This document shows, piece by piece, positions 24,121-32,000 of a stretch of DNA of 32,000 nucleotides. Where the stretch lies: the NCBI GenBank assembly GCA_963528875.1, contig CAURWT010000002.1:180001-212000 (forward strand). Direction: 5' to 3'. Each line of letters begins with the position of its first letter. Position 1 is the stretch's first letter. Source of the DNA: an uncultured Candidatus Saccharimonas sp. (GTDB lineage Bacteria; Patescibacteriota; Saccharimonadia; Saccharimonadales; Saccharimonadaceae). The notes under the pieces are model-generated. The model was not told the origin of the DNA and ran no database searches. It saw only the letters and a list, made by a program, of their open reading frames with translations. Made by a program: the position numbers and the translations under genes.

Positions 24121-25335
24121 TTATTGTTTTTTCTTGAATAATTTTGCGAAAAATCCGATTTTCGCTGGTTCTTCATCTCTATAACTATTATATCTTGAAG
24201 TATTATCGCGCATTTCGATTAACAAACCGACTGCAGCAGAATACTCGAGCGCTTTAACCTTTTCAGAAACTGTATTATCAATTCCATTTTTACTAATCTG
24301 TACTGCAAGCTGAAGATATTTTTTCGCAAATGTATCAATTCCTTTAAGAGCTGCTCCACCCCCAGTTAGTACAATACCGCCTGGTAATTGATTCTCAAAG
24401 CCAGACTTTCGAAGAACCTTTCGAACTTCCTCAAAAATTTCTTCAACCCTTGCCTCAATAATTTCATCAATTTCTTGCGTATTAAAGCTGTAATGCTCGC
24501 GACCATGTTTTACAACAATATCACTATTATTTTCTCTTTCGAAAGCAAAACCGTGCTTAATTTTAATTTCTTCAGCAACTTCTGGAGAAACCTTTAGCCC
24601 AATTGCAAGGTCGTTGGTAATATTTATTCCTCCCAGCGGAATATTTTCAATGAATTGCAAATTACCATCTTCGAAAATCACAACACCGGTAGTTGAAGCT
24701 CCCAAATCAACAACAACAACGCCATTTTCTTTTTGGTTTTCAGTTAGCACAGCCCGAGCTGAAGCTACTACACTTGGAATGTATAAATTCGAAGAAATAT
24801 CAAACCGCTCCAAAATATTTTCAGCATTTTCAACTTGTATTCTTGGTGCAGAAATTGCGTTTCCATAAACCTCAAGCCGTGTTCCAACCATTTCGAAAGG
24901 ATCAGCAATCCCTTCTTGATTATCAACATTATAATAATAAGGTATAAACTTCAAGATTTCTCGATTTTCTGGGATTTTGCCGATCAATGCAACATCTTCA
25001 ACTCGGTCAATATCCTCATCACCAACCAAGCCTTTTTCTGAGTTCACTGCAACCATTCCGTCTACTTTTGTACTCAAAATTTGCACGCCATTAACGCTCA
25101 CAGCTGCTCTTTCCGTTTTATAGCCGCTCATGCGTTCAGCTTCATCAAGAGCTTTATCAATCGCACGATAAACATTTTCTGGATGCGTGATAACGCCTTT
25201 TTTAAGTCCAGAATTTTCAGCCGACCCAAGCCCCAAAATATTTGGCGAACCATCTCTATCAAAGTTCGCAATAAGTACACGAACCTTACTTGTTCCAATA
25301 TCTATTCCTACCGCATATCGAGAATTCTCATTCAT
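24121..25335 (-). CDS. ftsA: Cell division protein FtsA
   Basis: Actin-fold motifs VGIDIGTSKVRVLI, VVVDLGASTTGVVIF and GIVLTGGGAALKGI. C-terminal amphipathic membrane-targeting helix KIGFFAKLFKKK. Confidence 0.93.
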   Translation of the reverse strand: MNENSRYAVGIDIGTSKVRVLIANFDRDGSPNILGLGSAENSGLKKGVITHPENVYRAIDKALDEAERMSGYKTERAAVSVNGVQILSTKVDGMVAVNSEKGLVGDEDIDRVEDVALIGKIPENREILKFIPYYYNVDNQEGIADPFEMVGTRLEVYGNAISAPRIQVENAENILERFDISSNLYIPSVVASARAVLTENQKENGVVVVDLGASTTGVVIFEDGNLQFIENIPLGGINITNDLAIGLKVSPEVAEEIKIKHGFAFERENNSDIVVKHGREHYSFNTQEIDEIIEARVEEIFEEVRKVLRKSGFENQLPGGIVLTGGGAALKGIDTFAKKYLQLAVQISKNGIDNTVSEKVKALEYSAAVGLLIEMRDNTSRYNSYRDEEPAKIGFFAKLFKKKQ

Positions 25336-25430
25336 AGTTCTATTATACCGTTAATGCTAATTTTTAGCAAGAGTAAAAATAATAAAACGAACAAAATTTA
25401 TATTTTTATTTCAAAGCAGAATATAAAAAT

Positions 25431-25465
25431 AAAAAAGCACCCTCGCAGTAGGTGGGTGTTTTTTC
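25431..25465 (-). terminator. Terminator-like hairpin downstream of the tRNA pair
   Basis: A run, gcaccc...gggtgt stem (about 11-nt loop), T run. Weak to moderate. Confidence 0.4.
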
Positions 25466-25478
25466 AAAAAATAATTTC

Positions 25479-25564
25479 TGGTGCTGGGAGAAAGATTCGA
25501 ACTTTCGAAGGCATCTGCCGACAGATTTACAGTCTGTTGTGTTTGACCGCTTCACTATCCCAGC
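25479..25564 (-). tRNA. tRNA-Tyr (anticodon GUA), class II with long variable arm, CCA encoded
   Basis: RC reads GCTGGGA-TA-GTG..CAC-A-ACAGA-CTGTAAA-TCTGT-(variable arm GGC AGAT GCC)-GAAAG-TTCGAAT-CTTTC-TCCCAGC-A-CCA. The full cloverleaf was checked by hand. Confidence 0.92.
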
Positions 25565-25590
25565 ATTCAACTCTTGTATTAAAAAATACT

Positions 25591-25667
25591 TGGAGCCACC
25601 TTTCGGATTCGAACCGAAGGCCTGCTGTTTACAAAACAGCTGCTCTAACCAGCTGAGCTAAGGTGGC
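25591..25667 (-). tRNA. tRNA-Thr (anticodon UGU), CCA encoded
   Basis: RC reads GCCACCT-TA-GCTC-AGCTGGTTA-GAGC-A-GCTGT-TTTGTAA-ACAGC-AGGCC-TTCGG-TTCGAAT-CCGAA-AGGTGGC-T-CCA. Confidence 0.92.
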
Positions 25668-25727
25668 ACAACCAAGTATATTAATAATTATACACGAGCC
25701 TTTTCAAAATTGCAAGCACTTTTTTGA

Positions 25728-26639
25728 TTATTTTTCTAAAATCTCAATCGTCGAATCTACAATCTGAAAATCTGGTAAAAAATGGGAGATTTTTTTGCGA
25801 ATCTCAGTAGCTCTTGAAATATCGCTCACAAAAATTCTTGCCGTAAAAATATGTTCCGCTCCGTCAAGGCTCCAAAAATGAATATTTTCAATTTTCAAAA
25901 CACCTTCAATCGCTAAAATTTGCTTTTTAATTTTGTTCAAATTTTTTATACTTGGTGCACGTTGAGTTAAAATTTTTAAAACACCCCAAGCATTCGAAAT
26001 TGCTCCCCAAGAAATAAATAATAAAATACATAAACTTGCCACACGATCGAGTATATGAAGGCCTGAAAATGAAATCAAAACAGAGGTGATAAATGTTAAA
26101 ATCCAACCAAGCAGATCTTCAATTAAGTGAAGCGAAACTGTTCGGTCAAGAATATTTTTCGAACCATATAAGCGTGCTGCAGCGAATAAATTAACTAAAA
26201 TCCCTGCAATTGAAACAATCATTAATCCTGGAACATTCACATATGGGTGAACATGCGGAAAAGTAAATTCATAATATACAGAAATCGCCATTGTGTATGA
26301 AAGCCACAAAATCACACCAGCATTTAAAAGAGCCCCGAGCGCTGCAAAACGTTTATAACCATAGCTCATTACAGAAGTTGGTTTTTTCTTGCTTAGTTTA
26401 TTTAAAATTAATGTAATCGTAAGCAAAATTGCATCACCCAAATCGTGAACAGCATCAGCCGAAATCGCCGCCGAACTAAAAAGTGTACCAAAGAAAAATT
26501 CCGCAATCGAAAAACCCAAATTTAAACCAATAGCCAGCGGAAGATTACTTGATTTTTTATGATTATGTGCTATTCCAAAATGAGCGTGCACTTGTTTGCA
26601 AGCATTTTTCTCTTTCGAAAATTTAGCTTTCCCTCCCAT
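25728..26639 (-). CDS. Cation diffusion facilitator (CDF) family divalent-metal efflux transporter
   Basis: Six TM segments with the metal-site motifs AVHDLGDA (TM2) and HLIEDLLGW (TM5), plus a C-terminal cytoplasmic domain. Confidence 0.88.
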   Translation of the reverse strand: MGGKAKFSKEKNACKQVHAHFGIAHNHKKSSNLPLAIGLNLGFSIAEFFFGTLFSSAAISADAVHDLGDAILLTITLILNKLSKKKPTSVMSYGYKRFAALGALLNAGVILWLSYTMAISVYYEFTFPHVHPYVNVPGLMIVSIAGILVNLFAAARLYGSKNILDRTVSLHLIEDLLGWILTFITSVLISFSGLHILDRVASLCILLFISWGAISNAWGVLKILTQRAPSIKNLNKIKKQILAIEGVLKIENIHFWSLDGAEHIFTARIFVSDISRATEIRKKISHFLPDFQIVDSTIEILEK

Positions 26640-26650
26640 TTTTCGAAATT

Positions 26651-27421
26651 TTATTCTAAAGTAAGAATTTCTGCTCCATCTTTTGTGACCAAAATGGTGT
26701 GTTCAAAATGTGCTGAAAGTGAGCCGTCTCTCATTAAAACATCCCATTCGCTATCTGTTCCATTGAAAATTACATCACCCTTACCCAGTGAAGTCATTGG
26801 CTCAATGCAAAAAGTGTCACCCTCTTGAAAAACTACACCTGTACCAGCTTTGCCGTAATTTGGAACTTCTGGCGCCATATGCATTTTTAAACCTACACCA
26901 TGGCCAACCAATTCCCGAACATTACCAAGTTTTGATTTTTTTAGCGATTTTTCAACTGCCGCACCAATATCACCAGTTTTCACGCCAGGCTTAACAACAG
27001 CAATTCCAGCTGAAAGCGCTTTTTTAGTATCGTTCAAGAGATGCTTAACTGCTCCTTTTGGCTCTTCACCAATCACGGTTGTCGTGGCAGAATCAGTCAT
27101 CATTCCCTTAAATTCAATTACCATGTCAAATTTTACTACATCACCTTTTTCGAAAGGGATATCATTTGGCGCGCCGTGGACAACACAATCATTCACCGAA
27201 ATACAAACTACACCAGGAAAATTTACCTCTGGCGTGAGATAAGCAGATCTTGCTCCATATTCTTTAATTTTCTTGCGCGCAAAAGCATCAACTTCAAGAC
27301 CAGTCGTGCCAACTTTCGAAAATTCCGTAAGCTCACGCAAAATTCGCGCGAGGATTTTTCCGCCCTCACGCATTGCCTGAATCTGTGCTTCAGTTTTATT
27401 GCCAGTAATTAAATTCCGCAC
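26651..27421 (-). CDS. map: Methionine aminopeptidase, type I
   Basis: Metal ligand contexts VVHGAP, GDVVKFDM, DSATT, VGHGVG, FCIEP and FEHT. 256 aa. Confidence 0.93.
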   Translation of the reverse strand: MRNLITGNKTEAQIQAMREGGKILARILRELTEFSKVGTTGLEVDAFARKKIKEYGARSAYLTPEVNFPGVVCISVNDCVVHGAPNDIPFEKGDVVKFDMVIEFKGMMTDSATTTVIGEEPKGAVKHLLNDTKKALSAGIAVVKPGVKTGDIGAAVEKSLKKSKLGNVRELVGHGVGLKMHMAPEVPNYGKAGTGVVFQEGDTFCIEPMTSLGKGDVIFNGTDSEWDVLMRDGSLSAHFEHTILVTKDGAEILTLE

Positions 27422-27957
27422 GATTCAATTTCCTCCATAATACGGTCATGGACTTGACCAACCGTACCAGTTCCATCGATGTGGGCAATTCTTACGCCGT
27501 TTTCATTAAAATAATTCAAAACTGGATACATTTCTTGCCGATAAATTCGAAGGCGCTCGTCGATAACTTCTGGAGTATCATCAAGTCGGCCACGAATTTC
27601 AAGCCGACGCATCAATTCACTTCGTGGAACTTCCAGAACAATCACTAAATCAACATTTCGACCATGATTTTGCTTATTTTCAATCAGCCATTTCGCCTGA
27701 GCAAGCTGGCGTGGATATCCATCAAGAATAACCTGTTTAACATTTTTACTGTTTGCACGATCAAGAGCCTCACCCATAACGCGATTAACAATTTCTGGGT
27801 CGACTAGTTTTCCCGTACTCATTCGCGCAAGAAGTTCAGGATCTTTACTATCACGCAAAAGCTGACCAGCGCCAAGCCAGCGCCAATCATTTCGCGCAGC
27901 TAATAAATTGCCTTGAACACTTTTACCAGCACCTGCTGGACCAAAAAATACAATCAT
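27409..27957 (-). CDS. adk: Adenylate kinase (short form, no zinc lid)
   Basis: P-loop FFGPAGAGKSVQG, ILDGYPR, and a short LID region RGRLDDT. It overlaps map by 13 nt. Confidence 0.9.
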   Translation of the reverse strand: MIVFFGPAGAGKSVQGNLLAARNDWRWLGAGQLLRDSKDPELLARMSTGKLVDPEIVNRVMGEALDRANSKNVKQVILDGYPRQLAQAKWLIENKQNHGRNVDLVIVLEVPRSELMRRLEIRGRLDDTPEVIDERLRIYRQEMYPVLNYFNENGVRIAHIDGTGTVGQVHDRIMEEIESCGI

Positions 27958-28144
27958 TAAATTCCTTTTGTTTTTAAAATTATATACTTTTACATTATAG
28001 CATAAAAAGTTAAAAGTTAGAAATCTTGGCTAAATTAAGTAATATTTTAATTATTCTGTTATAGAGCTGGTATTTTAAGAAGCTAAACCTATATTTTTAT
28101 AACATTATTATAAAATGAAATCACATTACGATCGCAATAATTAC

Positions 28145-28582
28145 TTACGAAAGTTCCTCTTTCACGATTTTCGCCAAAACCGCACCATCAGCAGAATTAC
28201 CAAATTTTGCTTTCATTTTGCCAATAATTGTTCCCATTTGCTTGATTGAAACTTCACCCATTGTTAAAATTTCAGCTTTCACAGCTGCGCGGATTTCATC
28301 TTCGCTCGCCATTTCTGGCAAATATTTCGAAAGAATTTCAGCTTCTTTTAATTCATTTTTAGCACGTTCGGCATCTAGTAAATTCGCAGCTTCTTTGCGT
28401 TTTTTTACTTCTCGCACAACCAAAGTTTCAATTTCAGCATCATTTAAGCCTTCTTCACGCTTACCAAGTTTTACTTCTTCGTCCAAAATTGAAGCTTTCA
28501 AGCCTCGCAAAACTGTAGTTTCGAAAGCATTTCGGGCAAGCATTGCTGTTTTTAAATCAGCATTAATTTGTTCTTTTAACAT
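28145..28582 (-). CDS. GatB/YqeY domain protein
   Basis: MLKEQINADLKTAMLARN...VREVKKRKEAA...YLP...MGTIIGKMKAKFGNSADGAVLAKIVKEEL is the typical YqeY family sequence. GGAGG Shine-Dalgarno sequence upstream. Confidence 0.85.
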   Translation of the reverse strand: MLKEQINADLKTAMLARNAFETTVLRGLKASILDEEVKLGKREEGLNDAEIETLVVREVKKRKEAANLLDAERAKNELKEAEILSKYLPEMASEDEIRAAVKAEILTMGEVSIKQMGTIIGKMKAKFGNSADGAVLAKIVKEELS

Positions 28583-28591
28583 TTTCCTCCT

Positions 28592-28622
28592 TTAAAAATA
28601 AAATCCAGCCTTTCGACTGGAA
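28592..28622 (-). terminator. Weak terminator after rpsU
   Basis: Minus-strand UCCAG-UCGAAAGG-CUGGA followed by UUUUAUUUUU. The stem is only 5 bp. Confidence 0.4.
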
Positions 28623-28631
28623 TTTATGTTT

Positions 28632-28850
28632 TTAGCGAATACCAAGTCGCATTTTTTGTGCTTTTTCAGCACGGCGTTGATTTCGAACGATTGCTTTTTT
28701 GCGTCGTTCAACCTTACTTAGAGGCTTCGAAAATCGCATCGACGCTTTAGCTTCGCTCAAAACTCCACTTTGTAGAACTTTTCGATTAAAGCGACGAATA
28801 ATATTTTCGTTAGCTTCTTTCTGGTCTTTCCTTGTTACACTAATACTCAT
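28632..28850 (-). CDS. rpsU: 30S ribosomal protein S21
   Basis: MSISVTRKDQKEANENIIRRFNRKVLQSGVLSEAK...RRKKAIVRNQRRAEKA. I place the start at the internal Met (MSISV), which gives the canonical size of about 72 aa. Confidence 0.87.
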   Translation of the reverse strand: MSISVTRKDQKEANENIIRRFNRKVLQSGVLSEAKASMRFSKPLSKVERRKKAIVRNQRRAEKAQKMRLGIR

Positions 28851-28931
28851 ACTGATTACTATTTTACCAAAGTTTTTTAAAAAAAGCAAGTAGAAAATAA
28901 AATTGCTTAATTTTGGACGATTTTATTAAAA

Positions 28932-29981
28932 TTATTTTAATTTTGCTTGCTCTCGATAAAAATCAATCCAAATTTTTAACAGCCTGTCTTCTGAATAATA
29001 CTCTGAAATTTCTTTCGACTTCGCTTTAAATTCTTTTAATTTTTCTGGATTTTTCGAAATATCTTTAATTACTTCATTCATCTCTTCGAAATCTTTGCCA
29101 CAAAGATATTTTCCTTCAAGAATATTTTTATACAAATCCAAATCTCGTAGCATTATTGGCGCCCCGCAACTAGCCGCTTCCAAAATAGACATTGGGAAAA
29201 GCTCCGCATAACTTGGCAGAAGAAACAAATCACAACTTGCATAAAACTTTCGAATTTCTTCGCGCGGAACAATTCCTAAAAATTTCAAATTTTTTGGTGG
29301 ATTTTCAACTATTTTTTTGTAACGCTCATAGCCGCTGGTAATTTTTCCGAACGAAAAACCGCCAGCCCAAACAAATTTAACATCGGGATTATTTTCTGCT
29401 AATTTTACGAAATCATCAATGCCTTTCCGCTGCTGAACTTGACCAACTCCAAAAACCACAATATCATTTTTTTTCCAGCCTTGTATTTTTCGAAATTCCT
29501 CTCGCTCTTCCTCATTCAAAGGTGACCATTTGTCTTTTGCAACGAAATTCGGAATATAAGTTATTTTTTCTCGGTCGATACCAATTTTAACTAATTCTTC
29601 TTTAAAATCTGGATTAACCACCACTAAATGATCCATTTTATCATAAAATTTGATCAGATATTTTTTTACAATTTTTTCAGCAATTGCTGGCATATCTAAA
29701 CTACCATCAAGAGTGTCAGGAATTAAGTGAACATAGCCAATTCTGCGGCCGGTATATTTTTTAAACTGTGCAGCTAAATAAAAATGCGGGTCAATAGTGT
29801 GAAAATGCGTAATATCTGGATTTTTCGCACGAAGTGTTTTAGTAATTTTTAACTCGCTCTTTGCTCGATTTTCAAGAAGATTCATTAGCTCAACATAAGC
29901 ACCACCAACACCTTGGCCAGCAACCTTATCCGCAGAACTCATCATATTCACATGGATTTTATTCATAGGCCAATTATACAC
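28932..29981 (-). CDS. GT4-family (GT-B fold) glycosyltransferase
   Basis: N-terminal GQGVGGAY; C-terminal FLLPSYAELFPMSILEAASCGAPIM (E-x7-E region). The start could instead be MNKIH (29966), which would avoid the 8-nt overlap with recJ. Confidence 0.85.
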   Translation of the reverse strand: MYNWPMNKIHVNMMSSADKVAGQGVGGAYVELMNLLENRAKSELKITKTLRAKNPDITHFHTIDPHFYLAAQFKKYTGRRIGYVHLIPDTLDGSLDMPAIAEKIVKKYLIKFYDKMDHLVVVNPDFKEELVKIGIDREKITYIPNFVAKDKWSPLNEEEREEFRKIQGWKKNDIVVFGVGQVQQRKGIDDFVKLAENNPDVKFVWAGGFSFGKITSGYERYKKIVENPPKNLKFLGIVPREEIRKFYASCDLFLLPSYAELFPMSILEAASCGAPIMLRDLDLYKNILEGKYLCGKDFEEMNEVIKDISKNPEKLKEFKAKSKEISEYYSEDRLLKIWIDFYREQAKLK

Positions 29982-31608
29982 GCTTTCTCTCTAAATGTAA
30001 AATCTGCCCTTCAACACTTTTTTGCCCTTGCCATTCGTTCAGGCCAAGTGAAAAAACCACGTCAATTTCTTCGCCGATTTCCGCAAAAAATTCTTCTGGC
30101 GCATTAAATTTTAACATTTTAATTTCATTCTCGCCATCTGTTAAAGTTAGCTTTAAATGCTGTTTTTTATCGCCCATTTCTTGCCGAGCTATAACTCGTG
30201 CGTTTTTAATTTCGAAAGTTGGCTCTTCATTTCCCTTTCCAAAAGGCTCAAGCGCTGTAATCTTTTCGAAAAGATCTAACGAAATTAGTGAAAAGTCTTC
30301 AAGCTGAATATCCACTTTTGGCAAAAGATATTTGAGTTGATCTTTAAGATTGAGCGAATCATAAAAATCATTCACGCTTTTTCGAAAATCATTAATTTTC
30401 GAGGTCGGCAGAGTCACACCGGCTGCGGCATCATGACCACCGCCCTTAATAATGATTTTGCGCGCTTTATCAACGGCTTGACTCGCCGAGAACCCACCGA
30501 AGCTTCGCGCCGATCCTTTTGCAATCTCACCCTCAATTGAAATTACAAAAACTGGTTTTTTAAAGCGTTCAAGCAAACCACTTGCCACAATCCCAATAAT
30601 TCCATCGTTAAAACTTTCATCCGCTAAAACTAAAACTTTATCATTTTCGAAATCCTTAGCTTTTTGGATTGCAATTTCGAGCGCTTCATGTTGAATTTTA
30701 CGGCGTTTTTTATTTAAATCATCAAGATTTTTAGCTTTTTCGAAAGCCACGAAAGCATCGTTTTCAAGCATTAAATCCAGAGCCTTTTCAGCCGTTTCAA
30801 GCCGGCCAGCCGAATTGATTCGCGGGCCAATAATAAAACCAAGTGTCGAACTTTTTGGCTCTTTCACGCCAGCTAGTGCAAGTATCGATTTCAAACCAGC
30901 TCGGCGAGTTTTCGAAAGGACTTTTAGCCCCCAAAAAATATTTTGGCGATTTTCGATAGTTTGCTCCATAATATCACAAACCGTACCAAGCGCTACCATA
31001 TCAAGAAACCATTTTTCTTGGCCAAGAGGCAAACCATCAAGTTTGGTTTGTAAAGCTTGAACCAATTTAAAAGCCACACCAACACCTGCGAATTTCTCAG
31101 CCTGCGGATATTTGTTTTCTTTTCGGCGCGGATTCACAACCGCCACCGCATTCGGCTGCACTTCAGCGATATTATGATGATCAGTGACAATTGTATCAAT
31201 CCCAAATCCTTTTGCAAAATCAATTTCAGCATGGTTTAAACTTCCGCAGTCAACTGTTAAAATTAGATTTGTTCCGCGTTCTGCTAAAATTTTAACGCCG
31301 CGTTCGTTCATTCCGTAGCCATCTTTAAAACGATCTGGTAAAAAATAATCTACATTCTTAAAGCCAAAACTTTCGAAAGCAGTTAAAATTACAGTTGAAG
31401 CCGAAACACCATCAACATCATAGTCACCATATACGGTAATTTTTTCTTGATTTTTATGAGCAACAAGCAATCGCTCGACTGCTTTTTCCATATCGGGCAA
31501 TAAAAAAGGATCGTGCTGGTTATCATAATCTGGGTTCAGAAAAGCCTCACGATTCTCTTTCGAAATTCCACGATTCTCTAAAATTTGTTCAAAAATTTGC
31601 TCCACCAC
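29974..31608 (-). CDS. recJ: Single-stranded-DNA-specific exonuclease RecJ
   Basis: DHH motifs YGDYDVDGVS, TVDCG and IVTDHH. DHHA1 motif GGGHDAAAG. Confidence 0.92.
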   Translation of the reverse strand: MVEQIFEQILENRGISKENREAFLNPDYDNQHDPFLLPDMEKAVERLLVAHKNQEKITVYGDYDVDGVSASTVILTAFESFGFKNVDYFLPDRFKDGYGMNERGVKILAERGTNLILTVDCGSLNHAEIDFAKGFGIDTIVTDHHNIAEVQPNAVAVVNPRRKENKYPQAEKFAGVGVAFKLVQALQTKLDGLPLGQEKWFLDMVALGTVCDIMEQTIENRQNIFWGLKVLSKTRRAGLKSILALAGVKEPKSSTLGFIIGPRINSAGRLETAEKALDLMLENDAFVAFEKAKNLDDLNKKRRKIQHEALEIAIQKAKDFENDKVLVLADESFNDGIIGIVASGLLERFKKPVFVISIEGEIAKGSARSFGGFSASQAVDKARKIIIKGGGHDAAAGVTLPTSKINDFRKSVNDFYDSLNLKDQLKYLLPKVDIQLEDFSLISLDLFEKITALEPFGKGNEEPTFEIKNARVIARQEMGDKKQHLKLTLTDGENEIKMLKFNAPEEFFAEIGEEIDVVFSLGLNEWQGQKSVEGQILHLERKRV

Positions 31609-31621
31609 TTTTTTAAAAAAC

Positions 31622-31942
31622 CTACCTTTTTACAGATTTTTCAATATAATTTCTAGAACGCGAAACACTATTTTGCTCACGAACTTTCACCACAATTGAT
31701 TGAAGTTCAGAAAAAAATAAAAAATTCGTATTTGCAAAATAAGTGTATGTATTCTTTTTCTTTTCTCTATACAAAAAACCAACTTTTTCAAGCTTAGCGA
31801 GCTCACGCTGAATATTTCCTGGGTCTTCTTTTAAAAGTTTCGCAAGACCGCGAGAATGCATTTTAATTACAGGATACGTCACGAAAAACACAACAATTTT
31901 TCGCTTTACTCGTGATGTAATAAAAATGTCTAAATCTACCAT
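31622..31942 (-). CDS. Winged-helix (ArsR/MarR-like) transcriptional regulator
   Basis: MHSRGLAKLLKEDPGNIQRELAKLEKVGFLYREKK is an HTH-plus-wing pattern. I take the start at MVDLDIF (31942); a longer ORF runs to 31993. Confidence 0.6.
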   Translation of the reverse strand: MVDLDIFITSRVKRKIVVFFVTYPVIKMHSRGLAKLLKEDPGNIQRELAKLEKVGFLYREKKKNTYTYFANTNFLFFSELQSIVVKVREQNSVSRSRNYIEKSVKR

Positions 31943-32000
31943 ATACTCGCCTTTTCGTATTTCTATTTTACAAAATTTTCGATATTTTCGCAAGGCTTAT

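Noticed and set aside
25081-25661. 191-aa and 69-aa plus-strand ORFs over the ftsA 5' end and the tRNA genes
   Set aside because: They run antisense to ftsA and across two well-folded tRNAs, and their composition is low-complexity. They are spurious.
28058-28070. gttatagagctgg resembles the start of type II repeats
   Set aside because: A single 7-nt match to this locus's repeat, with nothing periodic around it. Chance.
1-32000. Alternative genetic code (UGA recoding, as in some candidate phyla)
   Set aside because: Long conserved genes (ileS, cas9, ftsZ, recJ) are uninterrupted and end sensibly under the standard code, so no recoding is needed.

Overview
This is an AT-rich (roughly mid-30s % GC by eye), gene-dense chromosomal segment, mostly coded on the minus strand. 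The gene set is streamlined and includes an LPXTG protein and HtrA, which fits a small Gram-positive-type or Patescibacteria/CPR-like genome; the window cannot prove this. Housekeeping genes: prmC (5' partial), htrA-like protease, lepB, parB-parA, rplU, ileS (type 2), ftsA-ftsZ-nrdR, tRNA-Thr and tRNA-Tyr, a CDF transporter, map, adk, yqeY-like, rpsU, a GT4 glycosyltransferase, recJ and a wHTH regulator. The accessory centre (about 14.6-22.2 kb) is a complete compact type II-C CRISPR-Cas9 locus. It runs tracrRNA, cas9 (1101 aa), cas1, cas2 on the minus strand, followed by a 10-repeat array that the tracrRNA anti-repeat shows must be transcribed convergently on the plus strand. Five observations deserve a second look. 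(1) Every repeat ends in a perfect extended -10 promoter, TGATATAAT. (2) A degenerate orphan repeat lies about 660 bp beyond the array, and two overlapping small membrane-protein genes sit between it and repeat 1. (3) A roughly 200-nt GC-richer candidate structured RNA or attenuator leader, with its own promoter and intrinsic terminator, lies upstream of a NucS-like nuclease gene next to the CRISPR locus. (4) The palindrome TTCGAA/TTTCGAAA is strongly over-represented across the window, in all three codon phases. (5) The NrdR homolog has lost all four zinc-ribbon cysteines and is translationally coupled to ftsZ. All folds, counts and motif calls were made by hand and need computational confirmation.
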